Shown here one piece after another: positions 9,597 to 19,552 of a stretch of DNA of 63,559 bases (its first letter is position 1; each line of letters opens with the position of its first letter). Below the pieces are notes generated by a model that had not been told where the DNA came from, searched no databases, and saw only the letters and a program-made list of their open reading frames with translations. The position numbers and the translations under genes are program-made. The DNA is taken from sequence record SRR20825006_717; one strand, written 5' to 3'.

Positions 9597-10523
9597 TTAA
9601 TCAATTGCAAAATAGTCCGAAGACTGATAAACGCCTGTTTCTGCTTTCATAATTTGCATGAGCACGTCATTCGCTAGACTACTCGCTCCAAATCGAAACC
9701 AATGATTGTCAAGCCAGTCATTCCCCAATGTTTCTTTTACCATTACCAAGTTGTGCAACGCCAGTTTTGAGGTTGAAATTCCACCAGCAGGTTTCATTCC
9801 AATCATTATTCCTGTATTCGTATAAAAATCACGAATGGCTTCCAACATGGTGTATGTAACTTGCATTGTTGCTGCGGGTTGTATTTTCCCCGTTGATGTC
9901 TTAATAAAATCTGCACCTGCATACATCGCAATATCACTTGCTCTTCGAACATTGTCAAGTGTTACGAGTTCTCCTGTTTCCAAAATCACTTTTAAACGTG
10001 CTTTTCCACACGCCTCTTTGATTGCAGCAATTTCATCAAAAACAAAATTGTATTCTCCAGAAAGAAACTTCCCACGAGAAATCACCATATCTATTTCATC
10101 TGCGCCTTGATCTACTGCAAACTTGGTATCTTCCAACTTAATACTCATTGGAGCTTGTCCGCTTGGGAATGCCGTAGAAACAGATGCTACTTTGACTCCA
10201 CTTCCCATCACTTCTTTTGCTGCAATTCCAGCCATTGAAGGATAAACGCACACTGCAGCAACTGTTGGCAGGCCAGGATGATAATCATGCAAATGTCTTG
10301 CTTTGTAACACATCTGTTTCACCTTGCCTGGTGTATCTTTTCCTTCCAGAGTTGTGAGATCAATCATGCTGAGCACCATTTTTAGTCCTTGCAACTTCGC
10401 TTCGTTTTTGATGCTTCTTGTTTGAAATCGTGCAACGCGTTCTTCCACGCCAACTTTGTCCACAGATGGACTCTGTTTAAAGTCGGGAATAACAAGCGTG
10501 CTTTTTGAATTCGCTTTCGCCAT
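9597..10523 (-). CDS. deoC: Deoxyribose-phosphate aldolase
   Basis: IDLTTL, GADEIDMV, LKVILETGEL, FIKTSTGK, KPAGGI, RFGASSL. Confidence 0.95.
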   Translation of the reverse strand: MAKANSKSTLVIPDFKQSPSVDKVGVEERVARFQTRSIKNEAKLQGLKMVLSMIDLTTLEGKDTPGKVKQMCYKARHLHDYHPGLPTVAAVCVYPSMAGIAAKEVMGSGVKVASVSTAFPSGQAPMSIKLEDTKFAVDQGADEIDMVISRGKFLSGEYNFVFDEIAAIKEACGKARLKVILETGELVTLDNVRRASDIAMYAGADFIKTSTGKIQPAATMQVTYTMLEAIRDFYTNTGIMIGMKPAGGISTSKLALHNLVMVKETLGNDWLDNHWFRFGASSLANDVLMQIMKAETGVYQSSDYFAID

Positions 10524-10579
10524 AGGTTGATCGTTTGTTGAATACAAATATAAAAAGATAGTGGGGAGAAGCCAATAAC

Positions 10580-10605
10580 AAAAAAGGACTCACAAGTGAG
10601 CCCTT
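10580..10605 (-). terminator. Intrinsic terminator after the MORN-variant gene
   Basis: Minus strand AAGGGCTCAC-TT-GTGAGTCCTTTTTT. Confidence 0.7.
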
Positions 10606-10627
10606 AGAAATCATGTTCTAGCTTGAT

Positions 10628-11494
10628 TTAAAGTTGTCCGTCAGAGTGGTAATTACCTTTCTTGTAAACTTTCACTTTCAAGAGAATTCCATCCGAATCG
10701 TACTCGTATACTTTTCCATCCCACAGACGACTGTTTCTAAACTCACCGTCTTGCCAAATTTCATCATTTTCGTTGTACAATTTATTATATCCATTTGGTT
10801 GGAAACGCACTCCTTTTGTTCTAGGCGTACCAACACTTGGTGCTAATTCTTTTGGAGTAAGGTCCGGAACCGTATTTGTTGGAGGGTTTACTCTTTCAAC
10901 AGGTTCAGACTTGGTAATCATACCATCTGCACCGTAATAAATCACTTCTTTCACGTCACCATTCTCGTAATATCTTGTTGCTTTCCCTGTTGGAATTCCA
11001 TCTTGAGCTTGATAAACAAATTCTTCTTGACCGTTAGCGTAGAAGTACTTAACAACACCTTGTTCTTTACCTTCTTCGTTGTAATTGCTTTCGTATTCTA
11101 GGATTCCATTCGGATGAAATCTCTTTAATGAATCAACGTATTTGTTTCTTGTAAACGTACCAGTTTCTTGAACTGTTCCATCTGGATAAAGCTTCGTATA
11201 AGAACCACTTGGACGATTATTTTTATACTCCCCTTTTAACTTTGGAGTAACACCGTCATTGTGATATTTAATCCAAACACCTTCTTTTCGATTATCGATG
11301 TAAGACCCTTCTTCGATTTTACCATTTTCAGGATATCCCAATGTTGGTCGATCTTTACCAAGAAAGACCCACTTACCTTGTTTCCTTCCCTGAGGATCTG
11401 TCTCATTTAAACCACCCTGATCTGCAGACGCCAGCAACACAGGCACATTCAGAACCAACGATAGGAACAACAAGAAAAAAGCTTTTAATGCCAT
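10628..11494 (-). CDS. Exported MORN-variant (YwqK-like) repeat protein
   Basis: Signal peptide; repeated G-W/Y-x-Y-x-NG units. Confidence 0.8.
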   Translation of the reverse strand: MALKAFFLLFLSLVLNVPVLLASADQGGLNETDPQGRKQGKWVFLGKDRPTLGYPENGKIEEGSYIDNRKEGVWIKYHNDGVTPKLKGEYKNNRPSGSYTKLYPDGTVQETGTFTRNKYVDSLKRFHPNGILEYESNYNEEGKEQGVVKYFYANGQEEFVYQAQDGIPTGKATRYYENGDVKEVIYYGADGMITKSEPVERVNPPTNTVPDLTPKELAPSVGTPRTKGVRFQPNGYNKLYNENDEIWQDGEFRNSRLWDGKVYEYDSDGILLKVKVYKKGNYHSDGQL

Positions 11495-11666
11495 GCTTAT
11501 TTGTAGTTTTCGTTATGGAGATTTAATGCTCTAGTTTAGTCTAGCGAAAATACGAAGAGCAAATGCATTTACAAAGAAAACTGACCTGTTTTCGCCCAAC
11601 CTAATATTTTCATCGATTAACCGTTTAACGCAAGTAACAAAATCTCCATTCAATTTATTTCACTTT

Positions 11667-12617
11667 TTAAGACACTAATGTTACGTCTACATTGTTCAGC
11701 ATTACCTCTACAAGCCCCTTTAAATCATACTTTTCTTTCCATCCCCAATCACTTCTGGCATTAGAATCATCTATAGACCCAGGCCATGAATCAGCAATTT
11801 TCTGGCGGAAATCCGGCTCGTAATTAATTTGGAAATCAGGAACATGCTTTTGAATTTCTTCAGCTATTTCTTCGGGAGTAAAGCTACACCCTGATAAATT
11901 ATATGACGATCGAATTTTGACATTCTCATTTGCGCTTTCCATCAATTCAATTGTCGCTCGAATCGCGTCTTCCATGAACATCATTGGCAATCTACTATCC
12001 GCCTTTAAAAAACACGTGTATGGATTTTCCATTTTTGCTTGATAAAAAATATCTACCGCATAATCTGTTGTTCCACCACCTGGAAGACTTGTATAGGAAA
12101 TTAAACCTGGGTAACGAATACTTCGAACATCTACACCATAGTTTTTTGCGTAATATTCGCACCAACGTTCACCAGCTTGTTTGGAAATTCCGTAAACCGT
12201 ACTTGGCTCCATAATAGTTGTTTGTGGAGTATTCTCTCGCGGAGTTGTTGGTCCAAATACAGCAATTGAACTCGGCCAAAACACCTTAGTTAAATGTCCT
12301 TCTTTGGCAAGATCTAGGATCGTAAAAAGCCCTTCCATATTTAACTCCCATGCGAACATCGGGTTCTTCTCTGCCGTTGCAGACAATAAAGCAGCCAATA
12401 AATAGACCTCAGTAACTTTGTTCGAAATGATGTAGTTACGCACTTCCTCTCTTTTCAGAATGTCCATTTGTGCATAAGGTCCACCTGAGAGCGCCTTAGG
12501 GCAAGAATCTTTTAAATCTGCAGCGATTACGTTTTCATCACCCAACTTTCTTCTTAATTCAATTACGAGTTCCGTGCCTATCTGACCACCCGCTCCAATG
12601 ACTAAAACCTTTCTCAT
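11667..12617 (-). CDS. SDR-type L-threonine 3-dehydrogenase (NAD-dependent epimerase family)
   Basis: GAGGQIG, LAALLSA, PSSIAVFG, YGISK, PGGGTTDYAV. Confidence 0.88.
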   Translation of the reverse strand: MRKVLVIGAGGQIGTELVIELRRKLGDENVIAADLKDSCPKALSGGPYAQMDILKREEVRNYIISNKVTEVYLLAALLSATAEKNPMFAWELNMEGLFTILDLAKEGHLTKVFWPSSIAVFGPTTPRENTPQTTIMEPSTVYGISKQAGERWCEYYAKNYGVDVRSIRYPGLISYTSLPGGGTTDYAVDIFYQAKMENPYTCFLKADSRLPMMFMEDAIRATIELMESANENVKIRSSYNLSGCSFTPEEIAEEIQKHVPDFQINYEPDFRQKIADSWPGSIDDSNARSDWGWKEKYDLKGLVEVMLNNVDVTLVS

Positions 12618-12739
12618 TTCGACGTATTTGTATGCGCAAATAGAGGTATTTTTTAACGATTTTCCTAGCTTAGGAGGGACTTTTTTGCTTCAAAGAGAAA
12701 TAGTGACCAAAGTCATTTTTCTTTAGCAAAGGCTTTCAC

Positions 12740-12747
12740 TATATTTG
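12740..12747 (+). promoter_or_regulatory. Bacteroidota -7 promoter box for hmgA-hppD
   Basis: TATATTTG matches TAnnTTTG. Confidence 0.6.
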
Positions 12748-12892
12748 TAACTTACCATTCTATTATGTGGATTGCACTTAAATTATTGCTTCTTTTTCTG
12801 ATCAAGAGGAATCCGGAATGATCCTCCTCTCAACTGTTTGACTCTGTTGGGGTCTGACTTGGCAAGAATTTACTCATTAAAACATTTACATA

Positions 12893-14050
12893 ATGCCATT
12901 TTATCATAAACTTGGAAAAATTCCGCAGAAGCGACATACCGTTTTTCGAAAAGAGAATGGGGAATTGCACCATGAACAACTTTTTGGAACAATCGGATTT
13001 GACGGGATGTCATCATTGCTTTATCATCTGCATCCACCAACAATCGTTACAGATTTTAAAGGACAGGTTGATTTAAACCCTGAAGTTGCTTTTGACAAAC
13101 AAATGCAAATGCGCAGTTTGATCGGATATAACGTTGCTCCCAAGGACGATTACCTTGAAAGTCGTGTTCCAATGCTCATTAATAGTGATTGTCACATTGT
13201 TTTAGCTGCTCCGAAAAAATCGCTGACCGAATATTTCTACAAGAACGCAGATTGCGACGAAGTGATTTTTATTCATGAAGGTTCTGGAACGCTCAGAACG
13301 CAATTGGGAAATATTCCGTTTGAATATGGTGATTACCTCGTTGTACCAAGAGGAATTATTTACCAGATTGAATTTAACACAGAAGACAATCGTTTGTTTA
13401 TCGTTGAATCATTTCATCCTATTTACACACCAAAACGCTACCGCAACTGGTTTGGGCAATTATTAGAGCATTCTCCATTTTGCGAGCGCGATATAAAAAC
13501 ACCTCAAGTTCTCGAAACACACGATGAGCAAGGAGAGTTTTTAGTAAAAATAAAAAAGGAAGGGATCCTCTATTCATATACTTACGCTTCACATCCTTTT
13601 GATGTCGCAGGTTGGGACGGATACAATTTTCCTTACGCGTTTTCAATTCATAACTTTGAGCCAATTACTGGACGAGTGCATCAACCACCTCCAGTACATC
13701 AAACGTTTGAAACACCAGCGTTTGTGATCTGCTCGTTTGTTCCACGCTTGTACGATTATCATCCGGATTCGATTCCTTCTCCATACAATCATAGCAATAT
13801 TGATTCGGACGAAGTGTTGTATTACGTAGATGGTGACTTCATGAGTCGAAATAATATTGAACGCGGTCAAATAACGCTGCATCCTGGAGGAATTCCACAC
13901 GGACCTCATCCTGGGGCGTATGAGCGCAGCATCGGAAAAAAAGAAACACACGAATTGGCGGTAATGGTAGACACATTTAAGCCACTAAAATTAACCAAGC
14001 AAGCCTTGGAAGTTGAATTTAAAGGTTATTACAAATCATGGTTGCATTAA
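12893..14050 (+). CDS. hmgA: Homogentisate 1,2-dioxygenase
   Basis: HQPPPVH, PYNHSNIDSDEVLYY, LHPGGIPHGP. Confidence 0.93.
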   Translation: MPFYHKLGKIPQKRHTVFRKENGELHHEQLFGTIGFDGMSSLLYHLHPPTIVTDFKGQVDLNPEVAFDKQMQMRSLIGYNVAPKDDYLESRVPMLINSDCHIVLAAPKKSLTEYFYKNADCDEVIFIHEGSGTLRTQLGNIPFEYGDYLVVPRGIIYQIEFNTEDNRLFIVESFHPIYTPKRYRNWFGQLLEHSPFCERDIKTPQVLETHDEQGEFLVKIKKEGILYSYTYASHPFDVAGWDGYNFPYAFSIHNFEPITGRVHQPPPVHQTFETPAFVICSFVPRLYDYHPDSIPSPYNHSNIDSDEVLYYVDGDFMSRNNIERGQITLHPGGIPHGPHPGAYERSIGKKETHELAVMVDTFKPLKLTKQALEVEFKGYYKSWLH

Positions 14051-14075
14051 TCGCAATCAATAAAAAAGACAAAAC

Positions 14076-15239
14076 ATGGGAGCAGAAATAAAAAGTCTCA
14101 AGAATTTACAAAATACAGAATACGAATTGCGAAAATTGTTCGCTGAAGCGGAGGACTTTCTTCCACTTTTAGGAACGGACTACGTAGAATTGTATGTAGG
14201 AAATGCGAAGCAATCGGCTCATTTCTACAAAACGGCATTCGGTTTTCAATCTGAAGCTTATGCAGGATTAGAAACAGGAATGAAAGACCGTGTTTCTTAT
14301 GTATTGAAGCAAGACAAAATTCGTTTGGTTCTTACCACTTCTTTAGAGCAAGATGGTGTAATCAATGAGCACATCAACAAACACGGAGATGGTGTTAAAG
14401 TTGTTGCTTTGTGGGTTGAGGACGCGACATCTGCTTATGAAGAAACGGTAAAACGCGGAGCAAGACCATTTATGGAGCCTACTCGCGAAGAAGACGAAAA
14501 TGGATACGTAGTTCGATCTGGGATTTACACGTATGGTGAAACTGTTCACATATTTGTGGAGCGCAGCAACTACAACGGAGTTTTCCTTCCAGGATACAAA
14601 AAATGGGAATCTCACTACAATCCTGAGCCAGTTGGATTGAAATTTATCGACCACATGGTTGGAAATGTTGGCTGGGACGAAATGAACCAATGGTGTGAAT
14701 TCTACGCGAAGGTGATGGGATTTGCTCAAATCATTTCTTTCGACGACAAAGATATTTCAACGGACTTTACTGCTTTGATGAGTAAAGTAATGTCGAACGG
14801 AAACGGGCGAATTAAGTTCCCTATCAACGAACCGGCAGAAGGAAAGAAAAAATCGCAAATTGAAGAATATCTAGATTTCTACAACGGAGCTGGTGTTCAA
14901 CACATCGCTGTAGCTACGAATGATATCGTTGCAACGGTTGACGAAATGCGCAAACGTGGTGTTGAATTTTTATATGTTCCAGAAACATATTATGAAGATT
15001 TGCTTGAGCGCGTTGGTGAAATCGATGAAGACGTTGAAGTTTTGAAACAACATGGAATTTTGATTGACCGTGATGAAGAAGGATACTTACTTCAATTGTT
15101 TACAAAACCAGTTGTTGATCGCCCAACAATGTTCTTCGAAGTTATTCAACGAAAAGGAGCACAATCCTTTGGAAAAGGAAACTTTAAAGCACTTTTCGAA
15201 GCGATTGAGCGCGAACAAGAACACAGAGGAACACTATAA
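14076..15239 (+). CDS. hppD: 4-hydroxyphenylpyruvate dioxygenase
   Basis: HGDGVK, IDHMVGNV, QHIA, LLQLFTKP, FFEVIQR, FGKGNFKALFE. Confidence 0.97.
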   Translation: MGAEIKSLKNLQNTEYELRKLFAEAEDFLPLLGTDYVELYVGNAKQSAHFYKTAFGFQSEAYAGLETGMKDRVSYVLKQDKIRLVLTTSLEQDGVINEHINKHGDGVKVVALWVEDATSAYEETVKRGARPFMEPTREEDENGYVVRSGIYTYGETVHIFVERSNYNGVFLPGYKKWESHYNPEPVGLKFIDHMVGNVGWDEMNQWCEFYAKVMGFAQIISFDDKDISTDFTALMSKVMSNGNGRIKFPINEPAEGKKKSQIEEYLDFYNGAGVQHIAVATNDIVATVDEMRKRGVEFLYVPETYYEDLLERVGEIDEDVEVLKQHGILIDRDEEGYLLQLFTKPVVDRPTMFFEVIQRKGAQSFGKGNFKALFEAIEREQEHRGTL

Positions 15240-15260
15240 TTCCTTTTAAATAGTTTTATG

Positions 15261-15296
15261 AAAGCACTTTCGAAGAAATTCGGGAGTGCTTTTTTC
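15261..15296 (+). terminator. Intrinsic terminator after hppD
   Basis: AAAGCACTTTCGAA-loop-TTCGGGAGTGCTTTTTT. Confidence 0.8.
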
Positions 15297-15351
15297 TTGC
15301 GCGTATACTCCCGTCTTTCGAAAAGAAACACTCAATTAATTTTCGAGATTC

Positions 15352-15423
15352 CACCATTCACCGACACTCAACCACAGTTCATCTTTTTCTCCTTTTGGAA
15401 GGCACCCTTGTTCCATACATTTG
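15352..15423 (+). promoter_or_regulatory. Putative LytTR direct repeats plus -7 box
   Basis: CACCATTCACC (15352) and CACAGTTCATC (15373), 21-bp period; TACATTTG at 15416-15423. Confidence 0.6.
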
Positions 15424-15446
15424 CTTAAACTTAAAAAAACAACGAC

Positions 15447-16187
15447 ATGGAAATTAACAACGACTCGGCAGTAAGAAGTAGAAAAGCAAAATTGATCAGT
15501 GGAATTCTCATCCTCTCCTTTGGTATATTGTTCTTATTTGATCGCATTGGGATGAACATTCCGAACTGGATTTTTTCATGGAAAGTAGTCATCATCGCCA
15601 TTGGACTTATCTCTTTATACAAAAACCATTTTAGACATTTACCGGGCTACATAATGATTGGCGTTGGAACAGTTTTCTTAATAAACGACTTTTGGGATAA
15701 CGCGATTGACGGAAAATTAATCTTTCCTTGTATAATTATCATTGTGGGGATTTCCATTCTTTCAAAATCACTCAATATTTTTGGACGAAAACAAGATCCT
15801 TTTAGCACAAGTACTTTCACATCTTCAACAGAAGTAGATCCAGATGATTACGTAGATGCGACTGCCATTTTTGGAGGAATCAATAAAACCATCGTGAGCA
15901 AAAACTTTCGAGGAGCAAAAGTAACGTCTGTTTTTGGTGGTGTAGATTTGAATCTGACAAAATCCGACATTCAAGAACCTGCCGTGATTCAAACAAATAC
16001 TGTTTTTGGCGGAACAACATTAATCGTTCCATCCGATTGGACGGTAAAATCGGAAGTCATGGCCGTATTCGGAGGCATTGATGATAATCGAAAAGTCGTT
16101 CACTCCGGAGAACCTGATCCAAAAAAAACACTCATCTTGAAAGGAAACTGTTTCTTTGGAGGTATTGAAATTCAAAGCTATATTTAA
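15447..16187 (+). CDS. LiaF-like membrane protein (N-terminal TMs, C-terminal DUF2154-like domain)
   Basis: Four TMs followed by repeated (A/V)xFGG motifs; first gene of a two-component operon. Confidence 0.8.
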   Translation: MEINNDSAVRSRKAKLISGILILSFGILFLFDRIGMNIPNWIFSWKVVIIAIGLISLYKNHFRHLPGYIMIGVGTVFLINDFWDNAIDGKLIFPCIIIIVGISILSKSLNIFGRKQDPFSTSTFTSSTEVDPDDYVDATAIFGGINKTIVSKNFRGAKVTSVFGGVDLNLTKSDIQEPAVIQTNTVFGGTTLIVPSDWTVKSEVMAVFGGIDDNRKVVHSGEPDPKKTLILKGNCFFGGIEIQSYI

Positions 16188-16190
16188 GGA

Positions 16191-17237
16191 ATGACCAATA
16201 ATTTAGGTTTTTTATCCTCTTTGTCCATGAGAGCTGCCCGACGCGGCGCTCTTTTGGCATTTGTACATGTTCTTTTCTTTGTTTTTATTTTTTCTCACGA
16301 GATCTCGTTTACCGCGTCTTTTTACACCACACTCATTTTACTCGTTCTTAACGTGATAGCGCTTTTCCTGATTTCGATCTCGCAACGGCACTATCATTCC
16401 AAAGCACCCTTCTCAGCTCCCAATATCTCTTCCATCCTCCTTTTTTCATTCCTCACTGCTGTTACTTTTTACAACCTCACAAAATGGTTGTTCTATAAAG
16501 AAGAAAATGGACTAGAACTGCTCTATCATTCCATTTGGGTGCTCTCTTTCATTCTTGTTCTGCTAAATAGTTTGATGCTTTTATCCTTCTGGGGAGATCG
16601 ACAAACTGCGCGAGAAGAAAAAATTCGTGAATTCGCCATTGAAAAAGAACGATTTGCGAATCAAATAGAACTCAAAAGTATTCAAGAACAATTCAAACCT
16701 CATTTCCTCTTCAACAGTCTAAACTCAATTAGTGCCTTGTGCCTCACGAGCCCAGACGAAGCAAGAGAAATGATTCTTCTTCTCTCTGAATACCTTCGGA
16801 AAACGGTCAATATTTCAAACAACGAACTCGTTCCTTTACGAGACGAAATTGAATACATCACCAAGTATACAGCGATCGAAAAAATTCGCTTCGGAAATAG
16901 ACTCAATGTTGAATACACCATTGCTCCAGAAGAAGAAATTGCCCTTGTGCCGTCGTTGATTCTTCAGCCCATTATCGAAAATGCCATTAAATACGGCTTG
17001 TACGGAACAATTGGTGAAGTAAAAATCGAATTGGTCGCTCGCACAGAAAACAAACAATTAATCATTCGTGTAACAAATCCGTTTGATTCAGAAAGTCAAT
17101 CGTCTTCCCGCGGAACTGGTTATGGATTGGCTTCTGTAGAAAAAAAGCTACAACTCATTTACGGTCGCTCCTATTTGTTAGAGAAATCGATCAATGAAGA
17201 TCAATTTACCATCACGCTCAAAATCCCTCAAGTATGA
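16191..17237 (+). CDS. LytS-type sensor histidine kinase
   Basis: N-terminal TMs; QFKPHFLFNSLN, LQPIIENAIKYG, GTGYGL. Confidence 0.92.
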   Translation: MTNNLGFLSSLSMRAARRGALLAFVHVLFFVFIFSHEISFTASFYTTLILLVLNVIALFLISISQRHYHSKAPFSAPNISSILLFSFLTAVTFYNLTKWLFYKEENGLELLYHSIWVLSFILVLLNSLMLLSFWGDRQTAREEKIREFAIEKERFANQIELKSIQEQFKPHFLFNSLNSISALCLTSPDEAREMILLLSEYLRKTVNISNNELVPLRDEIEYITKYTAIEKIRFGNRLNVEYTIAPEEEIALVPSLILQPIIENAIKYGLYGTIGEVKIELVARTENKQLIIRVTNPFDSESQSSSRGTGYGLASVEKKLQLIYGRSYLLEKSINEDQFTITLKIPQV

Positions 17238-17965
17238 AAAAAGTAATCATTATTGATGATGAACCACTCGCGCGCTCTGTCGTTGAGAATTATTTGAAAG
17301 ATTATCCTGAGTTCGAAATTGTCGCTCAATGTGAAAACGGTTTCGAAGGTGTAAAATCGATCGAACAGCACGCACCAGATTTGATCTTTTTGGATATTCA
17401 AATGCCGAAAATAAATGGCTTTGAAATGCTTGAATTGTTGGAGATTCCACCGTCTGTGATATTTACCACAGCTTTTGACGAATACGCATTAAAAGCGTTT
17501 GAAACTGCTGCTGTCGACTATTTACTTAAACCATTTTCAAAAGATCGATTTCGTCAAGCAATTGAACGCTGGACCCCTAAAGAAAAACAAGAAAAGGGAA
17601 CTTTGCTGAATGAGACAATCAACAAGCAACCCGATGAACATCAGCGCATTGTAATTAAAGACGGGGCAACGATAAAAATTGTTCCCACTTCAGGAATTAC
17701 CTGTATTGAAGCGTATGGAGACTACGTAAAAATTTATGCGGACGGTCATAAATATTTAAAGAAGAAAACCCTTTCCTACTTTGAAAAATCGCTGAATCCC
17801 TCCGAATTCATTCGCGTTCATCGCTCTTACATCTTAAATATCAACGCACTAACTGGAATTGAACCTTTCGAGAAAAATTCCTACCGAGCGGTGCTTACTG
17901 ATAAACAACGCATTCCGATTAGTAGATCAGCATATACACCGCTTAAAAACTTGCTTGGAGTATAA
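17234..17965 (+). CDS. LytTR-family response regulator
   Basis: DDE, FLDIQMP, DYLLKP, FIRVHRSYI; overlaps the kinase stop. Confidence 0.95.
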   Translation: MKKVIIIDDEPLARSVVENYLKDYPEFEIVAQCENGFEGVKSIEQHAPDLIFLDIQMPKINGFEMLELLEIPPSVIFTTAFDEYALKAFETAAVDYLLKPFSKDRFRQAIERWTPKEKQEKGTLLNETINKQPDEHQRIVIKDGATIKIVPTSGITCIEAYGDYVKIYADGHKYLKKKTLSYFEKSLNPSEFIRVHRSYILNINALTGIEPFEKNSYRAVLTDKQRIPISRSAYTPLKNLLGV

Positions 17966-18031
17966 AACTGACATTTCTCATTTTCGATCCTTGCTGAAAT
18001 CATTACATTTGGCTTAATTAAACGAGGACTA

Positions 18032-18997
18032 ATGACACGAGAGGAACTAATTAACGCTATTGTTGAGAAATATGAAAACATGGGACAAAACCCAGACACG
18101 CATCTCTCAGGGCTTTTATATGCAGAGCCAACCAAATATTGGGACTACATTCAGGTAGAAGCACTTCTCGGGTTACAAGCCCAAAAAACTACGTTGAAAG
18201 ATGAAATGGTGTTTATCATGTATCATCAAATCAATGAACTTTTGTTTAAAATGATTTTGTGGGAAATGGAACAAATTTCAGAAGATGAAACCATTTCCAC
18301 TCAAAAATTTGCAAAGCATTTATATAGAATTAGTCGTTACTTCGATATGCTTTCCAATTCATTCACCATTATGGGAGATGGAATGGATGTGGATCAATAC
18401 ATGAAATTTAGAGATACATTAACTCCTGCAAGCGGTTTTCAAAGTGCTCAATACCGCAAAATTGAATTCGCATCTACGGAGCTAATCAACCTCATCGATT
18501 TTAGATTTAGAAAAACGATCGATAGAAACACACCGTATTCGCACGCATTTGACAATCTCTATTGGCAAGTTGCAGGAATCGATCATGCTACGGGAAAGAA
18601 AACAAAATTGATGTCCAACTTCGAAGATAAATACAAAGAAGAGTTTATTGGATTCATGCAGAAATACAATACCACGAACTTGTGGACCAAATTCAAAACA
18701 CTTCCAGAAGCTGAACGTAATGACATTCCTTTGGTAAATGCCATGCGTCACTACGACCACACAGTAAATGTTTCTTGGGTTATGCATCATCTTAACGCTG
18801 CCCGTAAATATTTGAACAGTGGAGAAACTAGCGTTGAAGCAACTGGAGGAAGTGAGTGGCAAAAATACATGCACCCAAAATATCAACGACGTATTTTCTT
18901 CCCAGAATTATGGTCTGAAGATGAATTAGAAAACTGGGGAGACGAAACCATCCTATCCGAAGCCGTTTTAACGGAATTAAGCGGGATTAGAATCTAA
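18032..18997 (+). CDS. kynA: Tryptophan 2,3-dioxygenase
   Basis: YWDYI, DEMVFIMYHQ, PASGFQSAQYR, ATGGS. Confidence 0.9.
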   Translation: MTREELINAIVEKYENMGQNPDTHLSGLLYAEPTKYWDYIQVEALLGLQAQKTTLKDEMVFIMYHQINELLFKMILWEMEQISEDETISTQKFAKHLYRISRYFDMLSNSFTIMGDGMDVDQYMKFRDTLTPASGFQSAQYRKIEFASTELINLIDFRFRKTIDRNTPYSHAFDNLYWQVAGIDHATGKKTKLMSNFEDKYKEEFIGFMQKYNTTNLWTKFKTLPEAERNDIPLVNAMRHYDHTVNVSWVMHHLNAARKYLNSGETSVEATGGSEWQKYMHPKYQRRIFFPELWSEDELENWGDETILSEAVLTELSGIRI

Positions 18998-19031
18998 TCG
19001 CATTCGTTATCTTTGCAGAAATTAGTTGATA

Positions 19032-19529
19032 ATGGCGAATAAAATGGCAGAAGTTGGAATAATCATGGGCAGCACATCGGATTTACCGATCATGCAAGAA
19101 GCAGCAGATATTTTAGATTATCTTGGAATTTCTTATGAGTTAGACATTGTTTCTGCTCATCGTACTCCTGAGAAAATGTTTGATTATGCTCAAAACGCGC
19201 ATAAAAGAGGATTGAAAGTAATCATTGCGGGTGCTGGAGGCGCAGCTCACCTTCCTGGAATGACAGCTTCTCTCACTCCACTTCCTGTGATTGGTGTTCC
19301 TGTTAAATCAAGTAATTCAATTGATGGTTGGGACAGTATTCTTTCCATTTTACAAATGCCTGGCGGAATTCCTGTAGCGACTGTTGCTTTAAACGGAGCG
19401 AAAAACGCCGGAATCCTTGCTGCTAAAATCATTGGAGCTTCTAACCCAGAAGTGCTTGATCGCTTGATTGATTATATGGCTGAATTGAAAGAAAAGGTGA
19501 TTGAAGGAGCGAAAACCGTTGCTAAATAA
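19032..19529 (+). CDS. purE: N5-CAIR mutase
   Basis: [35 protein letters not shown]; start may be 19044. Confidence 0.96.
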   Translation: MANKMAEVGIIMGSTSDLPIMQEAADILDYLGISYELDIVSAHRTPEKMFDYAQNAHKRGLKVIIAGAGGAAHLPGMTASLTPLPVIGVPVKSSNSIDGWDSILSILQMPGGIPVATVALNGAKNAGILAAKIIGASNPEVLDRLIDYMAELKEKVIEGAKTVAK

Positions 19530-19552
19530 TCACATCGTTTCGTTCAACGCTC

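Noticed and set aside
10628-11494. YwqK-like protein as part of a toxin-antitoxin pair
   Set aside because: No toxin neighbour; exported MORN-variant proteins are common in Bacteroidota.
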